Shown in pieces: positions 57,851 through 64,000 of a DNA stretch of 64,000 bases. The stretch comes from Vitrella brassicaformis CCMP3155 (taxonomy: Eukaryota; Protista; Chromerida). Location of the stretch: positions 62,001-126,000 of the forward strand of contig CDMY01000149.1 in NCBI GenBank assembly GCA_001179505.1, written 5' to 3'. The translations under genes and the position numbers were made by a program. Below the pieces are notes generated by a model that was not told where the DNA came from, searched no databases, and worked only from the letters and a program-made list of their open reading frames with translations. Position 1 is the first letter of the stretch, and the number at the start of each line of letters is the position of its first letter.

Positions 57851-59240
57851 GATGTCGAATTATCCATTGGGACATTCTGGGAGCTTCGGCTACCGAGGAG
57901 GCCGCAAGCGTGGCGGCTATGGCCACCGAGGCGGCAAGGGAGGCTACTTCTCCCACCCGTTCCACCCATCCCACTCGCACGACGGCTTCCCCACTCACCA
58001 CCAGCAGCACCACGAGCGGGACAAGTGGGAGGCCCTCGGCAGGGCGCGATTGGGCGATGATCAGCAGGGAGGACCGCAGGCCTCGGCCGCAGCCGAGGCA
58101 TCGGATCTCCACTTGAACGGACGCGGCACGCAGACGGGACGCGCCGACCAACACGCCGGTCGGTCAGCCAGACAGCGCAGCCAGACAAACGGAACGGACG
58201 GCCTATGCCACCCAAATCAGTCGATCTCTGCCTGTGTTGCATGTGGTGTGGTGTGGGATATGATTCATTCATGAATGACATGGTCCATCAGGTGAGGAGA
58301 GTGCGTCAGGACCGACAGGCTCCTCTTCTCCCTGGGTGGTCCAGGCCACTGCCCCAGACCACACACAGACAGCTTCAGCGTCGGCGTCGCGTGCCGACCA
58401 TGGCGACAGCGTGGGTGAGGGCGGCAGTGGGGTTGGTCCACCTGGATCAGGAGACGGGGAGGGAGGGGAGTGGCGCAGCAATGGCAAGGACGACAGATTC
58501 GATATGCGGGAGGGACTAGAGTTCCTCAAAAACCGTAAGCATCGCATCCAGGGCCGTCTCGGGGGCTGCCTGGCCTGTGTCTGGTTCATCCATGCTTGTC
58601 TGTCTGTCTGTCTGTCTGTCTGTCATATCTGTGTGTGGTTATGTTCTGGGTCTTATGTCAGGTCACGATGAGGTGTTATCGCGCCTGGAGAAGCAGCAGA
58701 GAGAGGGCAGACCCACAAAAGATGGTACCCTTGTGGGGGAGAGGGAGTGAGGGAGAGAGGGAGGGGACAATGCGCTCACGAGGCCCCCCATGGATGGGAT
58801 GGGATGGGATGGGATGGGATGATATGCGTTTACGTCATTTTTCTTTCGTCGCCTGTATGTATGCGTGTGTGTATGTATCAGAGGACGGCTATGTTCACCT
58901 GTGGAAGCCCCCGCCGCCCACGGCGCAGCAGCAGCAGCCCATGCGGCCTGCCCAGGACGACTTCCTCCTACAGCTACAACGAGCACTGCAGCGCGTCCAA
59001 CAGCCCAAGTGAGTGCGACAAACAAAAACAAACAAACAAACAAACAACGGACAATCTCACCACACACACACCCGTGGCGTGTTGTCTGCAGGGAAGGGCA
59101 CATTCCATCGTCCCCTACGTCCCTCCCCTCCCCCCCACCCCCCCACCCCATCAAGCGGGGCGACGTCATTCGGCCTTCCACAGAGGTGGCGGCGCAAGCG
59201 ACCGGAGGGCCCGAAGCACCCGCGACTCCCCCACCCATGG

Positions 59241-59271
<31 letters not shown>

Positions 59272-61167
59272 ACAGCAGCAGCCCATGGTACTGCCGCAGG
59301 CGTCCATGCCCCACGGCGCTGCTCCGTTTCCGCTTCACAACCTCGACAAGGGCACATGGGCAGCCCCGCCACCCTCCTGCCCGCCACCTCCTTTCCCTCC
59401 CTCAACGCTCCCTCGGCCACCGCCGCCATCGACGACACTCGATGTGGCGCTGACAGACGTCCATGGCGGCCCAGGGCAGCAGAAGGGCCGGGGCAGTGGA
59501 GCCGCCGGCAAAACCAAGAAGAGGGGCTCCAAGGGCGGTGCGGCCGCTGGGCCGGTTGCCGCTGCTGGTGTTGGTGGCGCTGGTGCGGCTGAGGGGGAAG
59601 GGGACGGCGAGAAGCCTCCTGGGGCTGTCGCTGGAGGTGGTGCGGAGACGTCTGCACCTGCCCCACCGCCCCCTGTGGTGCAGGAGGAGCCTGTGGTGGC
59701 CAGCGCGCGTCATCAAGAGGAGCCGACTGAGCAGGAGCCCCAGCAGCCACCGGCCACGGAACAACAACACAAAGAAGAGCCGTCCGATGTGCCGACTGCG
59801 CCACCACCTGAGGCGACTGCAAAAGGGGATGTGGCTCAGGAAGGTGAGGCCGACGTGGCGCCTCCCTCGAGCCCATTCTTACCTCTTGACGCCGCCAACA
59901 TCGAGCCGCTTCCCGTCATCACCCCCGCCACAGCTGATGGGGCGCAGGCGGCTGACGAGGGTGACAAGGATGCGGTTGAGGAGAGGCCGCCATCCTATGT
60001 GGCTGACGAGGCCACGGGCGGCGACAAGAATCAAGAAGTGACAGCGGGGGTGGATGTTGGTGGCGAGGGCAAGGAGAGCGGCGAGGCGGCGGCTAGTGCT
60101 GCAGAGGCAGAGAAGGAAGAGCCACAGGGTGGAGAGCAGACAGGTCAGTGGGCTGGGCTGGCGACAATATTACATACACTGCACTGCACTGCACAGACAG
60201 GCCATCCGAAGACCATCGTTCAACCATGGTGCTGTGCTATTCTAATGTTCAGGTAAAGCACCAGCCATGCCGGAGAAGGCCACCACAGAGGTCACGGACG
60301 ACACAGCCGCAGCGCCGTCCAGTGCGATCGAGCCCGTCGCATCTCCCCCGCCCCCACCCGCCGACGCAGACACATCCCCACCCAAGGCAGACGACGCCAA
60401 GAAGCCCTCCGTCTCTCCCTGCCCGTCGCCCCCGCCCCTCGCCGCCGATGACCGCAAGACATCAGAGGACCGTAAGCTGCAGTCCAGCAAGCGAGGCAGC
60501 GGTTCGCCCGACAGCCAGAAGCGCAAAGCCGGCCAGAGTGTGTGGCGCGAGAAGCCCAAGGGAGGCCCTCCTACCGGCAGGGAGGGCGCCCAGCAGCAGC
60601 AGCAGCTGACGAATGGCGTGTCGAGCGAGGCGCCCGTTGAGCGCGAGAGGGAGCGGGATCGTGAGAGACGTAGCAAGAAGAAGGACAGCGACGCGCAGGG
60701 GCAGCAGCAGCCGCCGCCGCATGAGGAGCGCAAGAGGGCGGAGGGGTCGGAGGGGAGGGACCAGCACATGACCACTGCTGGTGGCGGCGACGATGCACCA
60801 CTGTCAGGGGAAATAACCGATGAGCAGCAGGTCAGTGTCAGTCGGTGTGTGAAATCCACCCCGCCCCACCACAGAGAGAGCACCACATAAAGCACAACGC
60901 GTGTGCTCTGTCTGTGTTGTGCTGCAGAAGGCGTCGGCGCTTCGCATTGTGTCTGGTTTCAAGTCGATAGTAGCGCAGATGACCCCCACGGCCGAGTGCG
61001 CCCTGGCGGTGCCGGCATCCATGGCGGCCGAGGACCACACCGACACGACAGCTGACCAGGAGGCCAGCGGCGGCCAGGGGACGGACGGTGCTGCCAGTGG
61101 GCCCGGGGGCAGCAACGGAGTGGTGGTCAAGGTCGTCACCGATGAGCAGACCAACACGGACGAGTGA
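57851..61167 (+). CDS. Intrinsically disordered protein with an RGG/His-rich N-terminus, polyQ, and Pro-rich and acidic regions
   Basis: MSNYPLGHSGSFGYRGGRKRGGYGHRGGKGG.., a spliced FDMREGLEFLKN|RHDEVLSRLEKQ..|DGYVHLWKPP, long GC-rich exons (58865-60256 and 60267-60890 ORFs), and a last exon ending TNTDE*. Confidence 0.65.
59241..59282 (+). repeat. CAG/CAA trinucleotide repeat encoding polyglutamine
   Basis: cagcagcagcagcagcagcaacagcagcaacagcagcag, in frame within an exon. Confidence 0.9.
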
Positions 61168-63186
61168 AGGCATGCACACTCACACACACATACCAAGCTA
61201 TACATACGTGTAGATGGACGACTCAGATATCCATTGGTTGGGGTGTGTGAGTCAGGTGAGGTGAGATGGGCTGAGTTGGGACGGGGGTGGGAGGGGAGGG
61301 CGCCTGTGGGTCTGTCGGTGTGTGTGTGTATATAATAGGACGGATAGGGGATAGATAGAGGGAAAGGAGTGGGGCCAGGGAGGGAGGGAGGGAGGGAATG
61401 CGCCTGCGGGTGCCTGCATGGAAGCACCCTTTCCATCCGAGTAGTCAGTCAGTCAGTGCCCTGATTTGCGGCCCCAGTGTTGTGTCTAGTTTACATTCTC
61501 CGTTGCTGTGGGTCGATGGGTGCTTGGCTGGGGGGATTGCCTGTCTGTCTGTCTTGTCTGTCTGTGTCTCTCGTGTGCATATGCGCCCGCCTGACTGACT
61601 GACTGATTGTTGTGGGAAGGAAGTGGCTGAGTGAGTGGACGGAGTATACAGAGCCAGACCGAGAGAGGGGGAGGGGTGAGGGGGGAAGAGAGATACGGTT
61701 GATTGCATTCATTGTAGCTGATAATGGTAAGAGTGACCACCAACATCCACACCTGGTACGCCTGCCTGCCTGCCTTTAGTCCATGTTGAAGAGTGAGTGT
61801 TCAAGAGAGAGATAGGGAGACGGACGAACGGAGGGAGGGAGGGACGCATGGCATGCGTGTGTGCGGAGCTACCTACGTACAGTCAAGAGACGTCACAAGT
61901 TTTGGCGCGGGGGATGGTCAGTCAAAGTGAAGACTGACAACGGCACACAGGTTGATTTCACCCATGATCGATCCACCCATCCATCGTTCGTCGGCCACAT
62001 CCACCATACACCGTCCCGTCCATCCATCCATCCGTCTGTCACTAGGCCACGAAGAAAGAGTAAGTACATCCGTCAGTCAGTGCCCGCTGCCGATTCAGAA
62101 ATACAACCATAGCCTGCAGAAAGAGAGAAATAGCGGAGAGCCAATAGATGCATGTATGTATGTAGCCAGGTAGGTAGGAAGTATGCAACCGGACGCAATC
62201 AGAGCTTAAAATGAAAGGACAAGGAAGGAAAGTCACCCAATCGTACGGACAGGCAAGGACAACGTACGCTCGCTATGGAGTCATTCATGGATGCGATGCA
62301 TGTGTGTGAATGGATGTGTGTACGGTAGGTACGTGTGGTGAACACGTCTGTCTGTCTGTCTGTCTGTGCAATGCGACCGGCCACACTGCTCATGGCCCAT
62401 CGATCGATCTAGGTACGTAGCTGGGAAGAGAGAGGCACGACACACATATAAGAGCACTGCACGGCTACACAAGTGAGTCAGTGAGTGAGCAAGCAAGTAC
62501 GTACTCAGGGAACCAACCGGCACACGTCTCACTCTCTCCCTCTGTCCGTCGGTCTGTCTTTCCGTCTCTCTGTGCGCAAGTGTCTTGAGTGCGCCACATG
62601 GGCTGTGTGCACCCGCCGCCTTCGACGCTCACCAAGCAGCATTCAGTCATACCGCTGGATGGGCGTGGTAGGGGGCGAATATAAACAGGCCCACGTGGCA
62701 CTCACAGAGGCGAGTATCTACGTATGTGAGGATGAATTGGAGCATGCTGGCTACAACACGCCAGCCAACTGATCTATCTGATCGATCTGTATGTATGCAT
62801 CGTTGGTACGTACCTACGCCTGCGCCGTGAATCGTCAGGTCAGCTGCCGCCTCGTGCACGCGTGTTCGGAGACATCCTCAATCTGCGACAGACAACAATC
62901 ACCGCCGACCTCTCAGCGCTGATCCTCGTCTCCGAGCACATGCAGAGGATGCATCCCCACACACACACACACGTCGCAGGCAGCACCACCGGCCCACCAC
63001 AACCAGGGGTAATACAATACAATCACATGACAGAAAACTAAGGCACAACACCACACAGACAGCAAGACACTCACTCACTCACTCGCACGTCCATCCATCC
63101 GGCATCGCATCCCTCTAGAAAAACATCCCATTCTCGCCCCATTCTCGCCCCTGTATCTTGCTTGTATCGTTCTCTCTTTTCCTCCC

Positions 63187-63935
63187 TCAGCAGCAGCAGC
63201 AGATCTTCTTCTTCGGTGCGGCCCTCTTGGCTGGCGGGGGCGGTGGGCCGCCCACCGAGTAGACCTCTGGCGGGTAACTGTAGTAGGTGCTCGTCGGCGG
63301 CAGCGACGGCACACCGAAAGGCATCGCATACGAATACGCCCTGCCACACACACACAAGACACACACACACACACATGGAGAGAAAGATGACATGGTGGAT
63401 GGAAGCACCAACAACTCGTCTCTCACCTACCCGGTGGTGGGAAATGCAGGTGCGTACGAGTGCGCCGCCCCACTCCCAGCACTGCCCGCCGCGGCCGCAC
63501 TGGTGCCAGCAGCTCCGCCTGCCTCTCCCGCCTCCCCTCCGGCGCCCGTGGCTGAGGAGTCGCCGCCCGCCCCGCCGTGAGGCCCACCGGCGCCACTCGG
63601 TGGGTAAGCGTAGAGGGGTGGGGCTGCAAGGAAGGAGGGAAAGGAAGCACCAGAAGAGAGAGTGGCAGGGACGGGGGAACTGGGTTTGGCTGGGTCAACG
63701 AGATTAGGTAGATCAGAGTGAGTTAATAGGTAGAGAGAGAGATCAGTGGGTGGGTAGGTTGGTAGGTAAGGAGGGGGGGACAGACGGGGGGCAGGGGTGA
63801 CATAAATGTGTCTGTGTGTGATGTGATGTGATGTGCCCGGCTGCCGGGGAAGGGCTCACTCGACTCACCTGGGCTAGAAGCCATCAGGTAGAACGCAGAC
63901 GGGTCACCCATCGGACCCATGACTGAATCGCCACA
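63187..63935 (-). CDS. 3' portion of a Gly/Ala/Pro-rich protein ending KKKICCCC*; 5' part lies beyond the window
   Basis: Three splice-bounded exons (GDSVMGPMGDPSAFYLMASSP|..GGAGGDSSATGAGG..|..YSYAMPFGVPSLPP..KRAAPKKKICCCC*). Confidence 0.6.
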
Positions 63936-64000
63936 CACACACACACAAGACGAAACACACAACACGAAACACACACAGAGACCGTGACGGGCACCGTCGT

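Larger units (their letters stand above)
1..64000. repeat. Dispersed intronic and intergenic microsatellites: (CTGT)n, (CA)n, (GGAT)n, (CACT)n, (CAGG)n, (CACAA)n
   Basis: Visible in most introns outside ~18-30 kb and ~42.4-45 kb. Confidence 0.9.

Noticed and set aside
59057-60895. Minus-strand ORFs up to 236 aa
   Set aside because: They are antisense to the low-complexity plus-strand gene and have no motifs of their own.
61700-63100. Possible small plus-strand spliced gene
   Set aside because: There are some splice-like signals but only short ORFs with no recognisable motif or consistent exon chain.
1-64000. tRNA or rRNA genes
   Set aside because: I noticed no cloverleaf or rRNA-conserved sequence by eye; tRNAscan-SE/Infernal would be needed to exclude them.

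Overview
Intron-rich eukaryotic nuclear DNA. It is GC-rich, has GT-AG introns packed with (CTGT)n, (CA)n, (GGAT)n and (CACT)n microsatellites, and contains five 300-N scaffold gaps. Several genes carry bipartite signal+transit leaders, which indicates a complex-plastid alga. The style fits a chromerid alveolate such as Vitrella; this is inference, not a database result. About 19 protein genes were hand-spliced: Cj0069-type ATP-grasp protein (5'-partial), plastid SufS, DnaJ-ferredoxin protein, twin-CX9C Cmc1-like protein, an orphan, a duplicated orphan present as inverted copies ~27 kb apart, a signal-peptide-bearing SLC25 carrier, two disrupted Crinkler-like NTPase+restriction-endonuclease-fold genes, a six-blade Kelch-Rab GTPase fusion, RPL7, plastid CysRS, Tab2 with an EF-hand-like extension, a probably GPI-anchored subtilisin, an AbfB/CBM42-GT77-like fusion, an ARM/coiled-coil protein and three low-complexity orphans. 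I saw no rRNA, tRNA, CRISPR array or intact transposase. The most notable items are the Kelch-Rab fusion, the NTPase-REase pair and the AbfB-GT77-like fusion. All exon structures and domain calls are manual readings and need RNA-seq and HMM confirmation.
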